16,353 nucleotides of DNA, taken from contig JBFMGU010000240.1 of assembly GCA_040752415.1 (NCBI GenBank), positions 1-16,353 on the forward strand, given 5' to 3'. The stretch is from Myxococcota bacterium. Its GTDB lineage: Bacteria > Myxococcota > JACRCW01. The position numbers were made by a program, and so were the translations under genes. This document shows, piece by piece, positions 1-9,300 of the stretch. Each line of letters opens with the position of its first letter. Within the stretch, counting starts at the first letter, position 1. The notes under the pieces were generated by a model. It was not told the DNA's origin, did no database searches, and saw only the letters and a program-made list of their open reading frames with translations.

Positions 1-61
1 CGCCCCTGAACAACCCCCACCCCAGGCCCCCGCTCCCAAGAAGCTGGGCAAGGGTAAGTAG
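1..61 (+). CDS. 3' end of an upstream gene (partial), Pro/Lys-rich tail APEQPPPQAPAPKKLGKGK*; possibly a GltE/AglT-like TPR protein
   Basis: The frame starting at nt 2 is open to TAG at 59-61, about 10 nt before the RBS of the next gene. The gltE identity is inferred only from the usual gltD-gltE-gltF-gltG gene order, not from this short sequence. Confidence 0.45.
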   Translation, partial: APEQPPPQAPAPKKLGKGK

Positions 62-70
62 GCGTCCGCC

Positions 71-77
71 AAGGAGG
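71..77 (+). promoter_or_regulatory. Shine-Dalgarno sequence (AAGGAGG) of the gltF-like gene
   Basis: Near-perfect SD 5 nt upstream of ATG 83. Confidence 0.8.
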
Positions 78-82
78 TTTTC

Positions 83-346
83 ATGGAGGACAGGGTGTTG
101 CGCCGTGTGCGGAGGCTCCTTTATAGTGCCGCGCTCTCCGGGCTCGTGCTCGGTCTGTCCGCCTCGGCGGCAACCGCGCAGCAGCGCAAGAAGATCGTGC
201 TGGGAGAGATCACGGTGGAGGGACGCAGGCAGAAGCCCCAGGCCTTCTACATCCTGCAGCGTCAGAACCTGAACTTCGAGGGGCTGGAGCTGAAGAAGAG
301 TTTTGTGCCGAAGATCGAGAAGTCCGTGGAGAAGCAACCGTTTTGA
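83..346 (+). CDS. GltF/CglF (NfsF)-like small exported protein, 87 aa
   Basis: Strong SD. Arg-rich n-region, hydrophobic h-region and ATA cleavage site indicate a Sec signal peptide. The mature part ITVEGRRQKPQAFYILQR...SFVPKIEKSVEK resembles the IEG-x3-KP pattern of CglF-like proteins. It lies directly before a gltG-like gene. Probably a paralogue, so no symbol is given. Confidence 0.72.
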   Translation: MEDRVLRRVRRLLYSAALSGLVLGLSASAATAQQRKKIVLGEITVEGRRQKPQAFYILQRQNLNFEGLELKKSFVPKIEKSVEKQPF

Positions 347-442
347 TGGAATGGTGGCGCGGCTGGAACCGGTGAAGAACGGCGGGTGTCCCTCCGACAG
401 AACCCCGGTGACAGCGCGGAAAGCGACTGCAAAGGTAGCCCG

Positions 443-1804
443 ATGACCACGCAGCAGAAGTCGGCGGAAAAGATCCTCAGGATCGGCGTCATCCACGGCG
501 GCAAGATCGTGGAGGAGCGCCTGCTGAAGAAGCGGGAAGTGGTCTCCGTGGGCTCCGACCCCAAGAACACCTTCGTGCTCCCCGGGGCGGACATCCCCAA
601 GAGCGTGAAGCTGTTTGACTGCAAGGGCGCCATCTACACGCTGTGCTTCACCGACAAGATGGACGGCCGTCTCTCCGTCAATGAGAGCGTCATCGACTTT
701 GCCGGCCTCAAGAGCCAGAACCTGGCCACCAAGACGGGCGACACCTACCGCATCAACCTCACCGACAGCTCCCGCGGCAAGGTGCAGGTGGGCGACGTCA
801 CGCTGCTCTTCCAGTTCGTGGTGCCGCCACCCGTGGCTCCCAAGGCCACGCTGCCCGCGGTGGCGCGCGGCGGCATCATCAAGGGCATGGACCCGCTGTT
901 CTCGGGTCTGATGATCGGCTCCATCGTCTTCCACTTCGGCAGCGCCGCGTTCCTCTCCACGGTGGACCCGCCGCCTCCGCCCACCCTGGAAGACGTGGGT
1001 GAGCGCTTTGCCAAGTACATTGCGCCGGACATCACCAAGCTCAAGCCACCGCCCAAGGTGGAGGAGAAGGTGGCCGACGCTCCCGCCGAGAAGAAGGCGG
1101 AGAAGAAGCAGGACGACGGCAAGAAGGCCGAGAAGAAGGACAGCGGCGCCAAGAAGGCCCAGGACAGCGCGGCGCGCAAGGCCGCCATCCAGAAGGCCGT
1201 GGCCAGCAAGGGTCTCCTCAAGGTGCTCGGCGCGCGCGGCGGCGGCGGTGCCTTTGCCGACGTGTTCTCCAACTCCGGGCCCGGTCAGGGACTGGGGGAG
1301 CTGCTCTCGCAGTCCGGCGGCGTGGGCATTGCCAAGGAAGGCGACGGAGCGCTCTCCGGGCCGCGCGGCGCGGGCTCCGGCACCGGCGCGGCAGACATCG
1401 GCACGCTCAACACGGCGGGCGGCGGTGGCGGCGGCGGCGCGGCGGTGGGCGCCAAGTCCGCGGTGCAGGTGCGCGGTGAGGTGAAGGCCACCAACGTGGA
1501 AGAGGTGGACGGCAGCCTGGACCCCAAGGTCATCACCAAGACCATCCGCGCCCGCATGGCCGGCTTCAAGGCCTGCTACGAGAACGCCCTCAAGCGCAGC
1601 CCCAACCTGCAGGGCAAGGTGACCATCAGCTTCACGATTGACGAGGAAGGCCGGGTCAGCGAGGCGTCCGTCGAGAACGACACGTTGGGGGACCCCGAGG
1701 TTGGTCGCTGCATTGCCAACCTGTTCAAGCGCATCCGCTTCCCCAAGCCAGACGAGGGGACGGTGCAGGCGTCCTTCCCGTTTGTGTTCGTGCCCTCCGG
1801 CTGA
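443..1804 (+). CDS. GltG/PglI-like TonB/TolA-type inner-membrane energy transducer (FHA-like N-domain, one TM helix, low-complexity linker, AgmX/PglI/TonB-like C-domain), 453 aa
   Basis: ATG 443 follows AAAGGT and is preferred over the ORF-track GTG at 386. The N-terminal beta-rich domain reads KILRIGVIHGGKIVEERLL...VSVGSDPKNTFVLP. The TM segment contains SIVFH. The linker is rich in Pro, Lys/Glu and Gly. The C-domain IRARMAGFKACYENALKRSPNLQGKVTISFTIDEEGRV...VGRCI...FPKP...FPFVF carries the typical Cys pair. Confidence 0.88.
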   Translation: MTTQQKSAEKILRIGVIHGGKIVEERLLKKREVVSVGSDPKNTFVLPGADIPKSVKLFDCKGAIYTLCFTDKMDGRLSVNESVIDFAGLKSQNLATKTGDTYRINLTDSSRGKVQVGDVTLLFQFVVPPPVAPKATLPAVARGGIIKGMDPLFSGLMIGSIVFHFGSAAFLSTVDPPPPPTLEDVGERFAKYIAPDITKLKPPPKVEEKVADAPAEKKAEKKQDDGKKAEKKDSGAKKAQDSAARKAAIQKAVASKGLLKVLGARGGGGAFADVFSNSGPGQGLGELLSQSGGVGIAKEGDGALSGPRGAGSGTGAADIGTLNTAGGGGGGGAAVGAKSAVQVRGEVKATNVEEVDGSLDPKVITKTIRARMAGFKACYENALKRSPNLQGKVTISFTIDEEGRVSEASVENDTLGDPEVGRCIANLFKRIRFPKPDEGTVQASFPFVFVPSG

Positions 1805-1919
1805 GCCGCTCAGGCCGCGCGGGGCACCCGGACTGCTTCAACGTGCGCGCCACGGTGGTTGGGCGCGTCGGCTTTTGGGTAGACCCTGACGTGGGACCGG
1901 TTCACTGGGAGGCACACGC

Positions 1920-2825
1920 GTGAAGGCCAAGCAGCTCCCCGAGGTGAGGGAAATCGTCAACAGCGAGCTGTTCCGCTCGTGGTTTGACGCGCTCACCAAG
2001 GCCCGCCTGGCCGCGCGGGAGGCCTCCCTCCGTCATGACGAGGTCCTCACCCAGGTTCACCTCATGGAGTTCCGCGCGGAGCTGGCCCAGAAGAAGGCCA
2101 TGGACGCGCTGTACCGCTCCGGCGACTACGAGAACGCCTCCGCCCAGATGCAGGCCGAAGCCAGTGAGCTGGAGAACAAGAGCCTGGAGGTGGTGGGCCA
2201 GTTCGAGAAGCAGCGCGTGATGTGCACCGAGCTGTGGGTGGCCCTCACCAAGGCGGAGGAGCAGAACGACCCCCGGGCCAAGCGCATCAAGGACGACTAC
2301 GAGCGCGAGACCGCCAAGAAGACGCTGCTCTGGGAAGAGGTGGAGAGCCTGTGGGCGGCCAGCCTGGCCAAGAACCTGGCCATGATCGAGAACCGCGCCA
2401 AGGGCAAGCGCGTGCGCAAGGAGAGCGAGCAGCTCTTTGCCAACGCGGAGCAGGGGAGCCGGTCGGCGGCGGCGTTGAAGGCCGAGACCCAGGAGTCCGC
2501 GCGCGCCCTGGAGCAGGCGGAGGAAGCGGTCCGGGACCTCATGAACAAGGGGCGCACCCAGTTTGACGCCGTGGTGCACGAGGACTTCCTCTACTGGGCC
2601 GCGCGCGAGAACAAACTGGTCTACGTGGTTCCCCTGTTCTCCGACAGCGAGCACTACAACATCGAGCTGACCGCCTGCACCGTCTACCAGTGCGAGCGGA
2701 CGCGCGGCGTGGAGTTCCTGGAGCCGGTCATGGAGCCGCAGAAGGCCACCCGCGTGGACACCCGCCTGGATGACTTCTTCCTCAAGGACCGCCCCAAGGT
2801 GAAGCGCGAGAAGCAGGATGCGTGA
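1920..2825 (+). CDS. Hypothetical cytoplasmic protein, 301 aa; long predicted coiled coil plus a small C-terminal alpha/beta domain
   Basis: GTG start with GGGAGG upstream and strong GC3 codon bias. The first ~210 aa are Glu/Ala/Lys/Leu-rich and helical. No signal peptide or TM segment is seen and no family is recognised. Confidence 0.8.
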   Translation: MKAKQLPEVREIVNSELFRSWFDALTKARLAAREASLRHDEVLTQVHLMEFRAELAQKKAMDALYRSGDYENASAQMQAEASELENKSLEVVGQFEKQRVMCTELWVALTKAEEQNDPRAKRIKDDYERETAKKTLLWEEVESLWAASLAKNLAMIENRAKGKRVRKESEQLFANAEQGSRSAAALKAETQESARALEQAEEAVRDLMNKGRTQFDAVVHEDFLYWAARENKLVYVVPLFSDSEHYNIELTACTVYQCERTRGVEFLEPVMEPQKATRVDTRLDDFFLKDRPKVKREKQDA

Positions 2826-2837
2826 GCGGAGGACGTC

Positions 2838-3284
2838 GTGAACAAGGCGGAAGTGCTGCAGAAGTCCCGGCTCTTCGAGAACCTCCTCCCCGAGGAGATC
2901 GAGATGCTGGCCGAGCTCAGCGTCATGCGTCGCTACAAGGGCGGTGAGGTGGTCTTCGAGAAGGGGGACGTGGGCGACAGCCTGTTCATGGTGGTGGAAG
3001 GTGACGTGGAGGTGCTGCTGCGCGACGGCAGCGGCGAGCCCAAGGTGCTGGCCACCCTGGGCATCCACGACTTCTTTGGGGAGATGAGCCTCATCGACAA
3101 GGAGTACCGGAGCGCCACCGTGCGGGCCAAGAGCGACTGCGCGCTCCTCCTGCTCACCCACGAGAACCTGCACGCCTTCTCCAAGGCCTTCCGGGAGGGC
3201 TTCACCTGGATCACCGTGAACATTGCCCGGGTGCTCAGCCAGCGCCTGCGGGAGACCAACCGCCGCCTGGCCGAGAAGCTCTGA
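2838..3284 (+). CDS. Stand-alone cyclic nucleotide-binding domain protein (CRP/Fnr-type sensor domain, no HTH), 148 aa
   Basis: GGAGG SD at 2828-2832 and a GTG start. Motifs VFEKGDVGDSLFMVVEGDVEV and the phosphate-binding cassette FFGEMSLIDKEYRSATVRA are present. It ends just after the C-helix (IARVLSQRLRETNRRL). Confidence 0.92.
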   Translation: MNKAEVLQKSRLFENLLPEEIEMLAELSVMRRYKGGEVVFEKGDVGDSLFMVVEGDVEVLLRDGSGEPKVLATLGIHDFFGEMSLIDKEYRSATVRAKSDCALLLLTHENLHAFSKAFREGFTWITVNIARVLSQRLRETNRRLAEKL

Positions 3285-3361
3285 GCCGCCTCCGCGAGCG
3301 CTGGAGCGCCTTTCACGTCGTGCAGTAGGCTGCGCGGCCCCCTGGTCCACGGAGCCGTCCC

Positions 3362-6300
3362 TTGAGCAGCGCAGCTGGCTGCAGATGCATCTGTCCCGCG
3401 TCACGTCGTGCCACCGTCCTTTTGTCCGCGGCGGTGCTGTTGACGACGTTGCGATCCCTCCCCGCGCACGCCGGTGAGCTTCGCGGCTGGCCCGTCCGCC
3501 TGGAGTCCGGCATCACCGCCAGCAATCCCGCCGTCGGCGACATTGACGGGGACGGGCGCCTGGAAGTGGTGGTGGGCGCGGGGCAGAGCCTGCACGCGGT
3601 GCGCGCCAACGGCGGCATGGTCGACGGCTGGCCCGTGAAGCTGGCGGGCGAGAAGACCACGCGCAACGAGTTCCCCGCATCCCCCACGCTGTGTGACCTC
3701 GACGGCAACGGCGCGCTGGAAGTGGCCGCGTTGGGCCTGGATCACAAGCTGCACGCGCTCACCGGCGAGGGGCTGCCGGTGGCGGGCTTTCCCGTCGAGG
3801 GTGGTGGCGCGTGGGCCAGCGCCCCGGCGTGCGCGGACCTGGACGGCGACAACCGGCCCGAGCTGGTGTGGGCGGGCAGCGACGGGGTGGTGCGTGCCGT
3901 CGACGGGACGGGGCGCGTGGTGCCGGGCTTCCCGCTGAAGGATCTGCGCGCCGCGGAAGGCATGCTCGCCGTGGGCGACCTGCACGTGAGCCCGGGCGTC
4001 GAGATCGTGGTGGGCGCGGTGGATGGGCGCGTGCACGTGCTGGGGCGCAAGACGGGGAAGGGCGCGTTTGCCTCCGTGGAGGGATTCCCGGTCAAGACGC
4101 AGTTCACTGTCAGCGGCGGCCCCGCCCTGGCCGACCTGGACGCCGACGCCACGCTGGACCTGGCCTTCGGCAGCCAGGACTTCTCCATCCACGCGCTGCG
4201 TGGCGACGGCTCCCACCTGCCGGGCTTTCCGCAGCAGACCAGCTACCGCATCTACGCCCAGCCCGCGCTGGCGGACCTCACCGGCGACGGAAAGCGCGAG
4301 GTGGTGGTGGGCGGTGCCGACGGAAATGTCTACGCGTTCCAACCCGACGGCACTCCCGCCCCGGGGTGGCCGGTGAAGCTGGGGGGTCGCATCAACGCGT
4401 GCGCGGCCGTGGGTGACCTCGACGGCGACGGCAGCCAGGAGGTGGTGGTGGCCAGCGCGGAAGGTCGACTGCACGTGCTGCGCGCCAACGGCACGCCGGT
4501 GGGCGGTTTCCCGGAGACGCCCGGCGGAGCGCTGCAGTCCGCGCCGGTGATCGTGGACCTGGATGGCGACGGACGCATCGAGGTGATCGTCGGAGGCGCG
4601 GCGGGGAAGCTGCACGCCTACAGCTTTGCCAACCTGGGCAAGGTGAAGCGTCCGTACATCGCGTGGCCAACCGCGGGTCATGACGCGGGTCGCGTGTCAC
4701 GCGTGCGGCCCAACGCCGCCATGTTCCTGGGCGTGGCGGTGGCCCCGGATGCCGCGCGCACCGAGGACGAGCTGACCGTGCGCTACCGCTTCGTCGACCT
4801 GGATGGCGACGCGGAGAAGGACACGCAGGTCCGCTGGTACCTGGATGGCCAGCTGGTGACGGAGCTCAACAACAAACGCGCCGTCCCACGTGAGCGCACC
4901 GCCAAGCGACAGCGCTGGAGCTACACGCTGCAGGAGGGCGCGGACTTCCAGGCGCAGGGAGAAGGGAAGGGCGCCACCATCTGGCGCAGCAACGAGCTCA
5001 CCGTGGCCAACACCGCGCCCACGGCACCGGTGGTGGGATTCAAGAACCAGGAGCCCCGGACCGACGACGTCCTGGAAGTGGTCATCACCCAGCCCGCGCA
5101 GGATGCCGACCAGGACACGCTGCAATACCGCTTCCGCTGGTTCCGCAACCGCGAGGCGGTGACGGACCTCCCACTCTCCGCGAGCACGGTGGACGGTACG
5201 CGCACGCGCAAGGGGGAGCGTTGGCGCGTGGTGGTCACGGCGTTTGATGGCGAGGTGGAGGGCGCGTCGGGTGCTGCGGACGTGACGGTGCTCAACACCA
5301 CGCCCAGCGCGCCGGGCCTGGTCCTCGATCCCGCGGAGCCGGGCGCGGCGGTCCCGGTGCACGCGGTCATCCAGAAGCCCAGCACGGACCCCGATGGCGA
5401 CGTCATCACCTATGAATACGCGTGGAGCGTGAACGGTGGCCCGGTGCCGCTCATGAAGGACCGCGACACGCTCCCGCCGTACTCGGTGCGCAAGGGCCAA
5501 CGCATCACGCTGGTGGTGACCCCGCGCGACGACGAAGCGCCCGGCCAGACCACGACGTTGGAGACCACCGTGGTGAACACGCCACCCCGCCCGGCCGCGG
5601 TGACGGTCCTTCCCTCCGGCGCCCGCACCGACGACGATCTGCAGGCGTCCATCAGCGCGCCCGCTCATGACGTCGACGGCGACCACGTGACCTACGCGTT
5701 CACCTGGGCGCGCGACGGCCAGCCGCTTCCCGCCACGGACCCGCTGACGGTGCCCCGCGACCAGACCGTGAAGGGCCAGAAGTTCACCCTCACCGCGCTT
5801 CCCTCCGACGGTACCCGCGACGGAACCCACGCCAGCGGAGACCTGACCGTGGCCAACACCGCGCCGGGCGGGGCCCGGGCCCACCTGGAGCCCTCGGAGC
5901 CGCGCGCGGGCGACACGATGAAGGTGGTCATCGACCAGCCCGCGCCCGACGCCGACGGGGACGCGGTCAGCTACCGCATTCGCTGGCTGCGCGACGGCAA
6001 GGATGAAACCGCGCGCGCCAAGGGCGAGGCGCTGCCTGCGGGCATCATCCGCAAGGGCGAGGTCTGGCAAGCCGTGGTCACCGCTTTCGACGGCGTGGCC
6101 ACCGGCACTCCCGTTTCCACCGACGAGAAACGCGTGCTCGACACCCCTCCCACCTCACCCACCGTGGCGGTGCGCGCCAAGGGCAGCAGTGGAACCGCCG
6201 TGGGCACCGAGGACGTGCTGGTGGTGCAGGTGGTGAAGCCCGCCACCGACGTCGACAAGGACGCGGTGAGCTACCGGTACCGCTGGTTTGTCGACGGGAT

Positions 6301-9300
6301 GCTGCAGGACGTGCCGGATACCCAGGACGCCATCCCCGCCGCACGCACCGAGCGCGGTCAGACCTGGCGCGTGGAGGTGACGCCGGTGGCGGATGGCAGG
6401 CGCGGCACCCCCGTGACGTCGGAAGTCACCGTGGGCAACACGCCACCCAAGGCTCCGCCGCTGTCCATCTTCCCGGCCAAGCCGCTGGCGGGGCAGTCGC
6501 TGCGGGTGAGCATGGGGCGCGCTCCCGAGGACGCCGACGGCGACCCGGTCCGTCTCACGTTCCGCTGGCTCCGCAACGGCTCCCCCGCCGGCGTGGAAGG
6601 CGCGGTGGTGCCCGCGGGGCGGACGCGCAAGGGTGAGACCTGGACCGCCGTGGCCACCCCCGCCGACGACAACGGTGACGGCGCGCCCACGCAGGTGGCG
6701 GTGATGGTGGGCAATACCCCGCCGGCGCCCCCGCGCATCCAGGTGACGCCGCTCTCGCCGCGCACCACCAACGTCGTCGAGGTGCAGGTGTTGCAGCCGG
6801 CCAGCGACGTCGACGGGGACGCGGTGAAGCTGGGGTACACGTGGTTCGTCGACGGCGCGGAGGCCAAGGCGCTGGCGGGCAAGACGCGGCTGGCGAAGGG
6901 TGAGTTCAAGAAGAACCAGCGCCTGCGCGTGGAGGTCACTCCCTCCGATGGGACCGCGTCGGGAGCCAAGGTGGTGGCGGAGATCCGCAGCGTCAACAGC
7001 GCGCCGTCCGCACCGCAGGTCCGCCTGCAGCCCGCCGACGTGGCCGTGCCCGGTCCGCTGAAGGTGGAGATGACCGCGCCCGCGCAAGACCCCGACGGCG
7101 ACGGGCTGACGTACCGCCACCGCTTCTATCGCAACGGCACGCTGTTGACGCTGCCGCCCACCACCACCGCGGTGCCCAAGGAGATGCTCCGTCGTGGGGA
7201 TGCGTGGCGCGTGGAGGTGGTCGCGTACGACGGGGAGACCGAGGGGCCGGCAGGCAGCGCCGAGGCGTTGGTGGTGAACGCGGCTCCCTCGTCGCCCAAG
7301 GTGCGCTTCGTCCATGACACCGTCACGGTGGCCGGCCCGCTGGACGTGGAAATCACCACCCCCGCCGTCGACGCCGATGAAGACACGCTGCAATACCAGC
7401 ACCGGTTCCGTCGGAACGGGCAGGTGGTGGACCTGCCGTCGTGGCGGTCCGGCGTTCCGCGCACGCTGCTCAAGAAGGGTGACAAGTGGTCCGTGGACGT
7501 CGTGGCCACCGACGGACAGCTCCGCAGCGCGCCCGCCACCGCGGAAGCCAAGGTGGTGAACACGCCGCCCACCGCGCCCGTGGTGCGTTTCAGCGCGCAG
7601 CGCAACGGCAGCCAGCCGCTGAAGGTGGAGCTGGTGGCCCCCGCCCACGACGTCGACGGCGACACGCTGACCTACCGCTACCGCTACACGCGCGCCGGCG
7701 GCGCAGTGAAGCTGGATCCCAAGACGGACACCATTCCCGTCACCATGTTGCGCGCCGGCGAGAAGTGGCAGGTCACCGTGGTGGCGTTCGACGGCGAGAA
7801 GGAGGGGCCCGTCGCCAGCGCGGAGGCCGTGATTCAACCGCCCAACACGCCGCCCGTCGAGGAGGCCGCGCCCGCCATCCCCGCGCCGCCCGTCCTCCCG
7901 TCGGAGACCGAGCCCACCGCGCCCGCGCCGCCGGATCCCGCCACGCAGGCGCCTCCTCCGTCGCGACCGGCGGTGTGTCGCGCGCAGGGGCCGACAGAGA
8001 ATGCACTACCGCGCGCGGGCGAGGCGCTGCGCGTGGTCTTTGGCACGGACGCGGTCTCACAGGCCGCCGCCGCGGGAACGGTCCAGTGGCTGCGCGACGG
8101 GCAGGACGCCGTCCGCGGCAACGAGGTCCCGCCGGGCACCGTGCGCAAGCGCGAGCGCTGGCAACCGGTGGTGACGACGTCGGACGGCAAGACGGTGCGC
8201 TGTCGCGAGCTGACGGTGGGAGACACCCCGCCCGGTGCCCCCGCGGTGACCCTGACGCCGACCGGGCCGCGCGCCGGGCAACCCCTCACGGCGGAGGTGG
8301 TGGCGCCGGGAAGCGACGTCGACGGGGACGCGGTCAGCGTGCGCTTCCGTTGGTTCCTCGACGGTGTGCCCCAGGACATCCCGGAGCGCGACGCGGTGGT
8401 CGCCGGCGCGCGCGTGCGCAAGGGGCAGCGCTGGCGCGTGCAGGCCGTTTCCGTGGCCGACGGCGCGGAGGGCGCGAGCGCGGGCGCGGAGGTGACGGTG
8501 GGCAACACGCCGCCGGCACCGCTGGAGATTGTGGTCACGCCAGCGCAGCCGCTGCCCGGGCAGGAGCTGGAGGTGAACCTGGCGCGTCCCGCCGACGACG
8601 TCGACGGAGACCCGGTGGCGCTCCGCTTCCAGTGGATTGTCAACGGGCAGGACGCGGGAATCGCCGAGCCGAGGGTGCCGGCGCGTCGCCTCAAGAAGGG
8701 CGAGGTGTGGCAGGTGTGGGTCATTGGCAGCGACGGAGAAGTGGAGACGCCGCCCGCCGGCGCCAAGGTCACCGTGCGCAATGCGTTGCCCACGCCGCCG
8801 GTGGTGAGCCTGGGAGAGTCGCGCATCCGCGCGGGGAGCGCCGTGGAGGTCAAGCAGCTGCGCGCCGCCGCGGACTCCGACGGTGACAAGGTCACGGTGA
8901 GCTACACGTGGTGGGTGGACGGCAAGGAGGTCCCGGCGTTCAAGGGGCGCACCCGCCTGGAGCCCACCGAGCTCAAGAAGAACCAGCGCATCCGCCTGGT
9001 GGCCACGCCTCACGACGGAGCCGAGGCTGGCCCTTCCGTGCACGCCGAGGTGCAGGTGCTCAACACGCCGCCCACCGCACCGGCGATCCGTTTCAACAAG
9101 GAGCAGCTCCCGGTCACGGAGGCCCTCAAGGTAGAGCTGACCCGCCCGGCCACCGACGCCGACGGAGACACGCTCACCTACCGCTACCGCTTCCTGCGCA
9201 ACGGCGTGCGCGTGAAGCTGCCGGAGTCGGAGAGCGCGGTACCGGCGGCCATGATGAAGAAGAACGAGCGCTGGCGCGTGGAGGTGGTGGCGTTTGACGG

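Noticed and set aside
386..442. ORF-track N-terminal extension of the gltG-like gene
   Set aside because: ATG 443 has an SD-like AAAGGT, and the domain-like sequence starts right after it.
347..442. Possible riboswitch (CGC-GGAAA-GCG hairpin, GCAAAG) between gltF and gltG
   Set aside because: Only a short stem is visible and I could not fit the two-stem c-di-GMP-I/GEMM consensus. An Rfam/Infernal scan would settle it.
1418..1445. GGC-rich microsatellite as a phase-variation tract
   Set aside because: It is an interrupted in-frame trinucleotide run encoding the Gly linker of GltG, and slippage would not shift the frame.
1887..1907. CRP-box-like sequence upstream of the coiled-coil and cNMP genes
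   Set aside because: The left half-site does not fit TGTGA-N6-TCACA, and the local cNMP protein has no DNA-binding domain.
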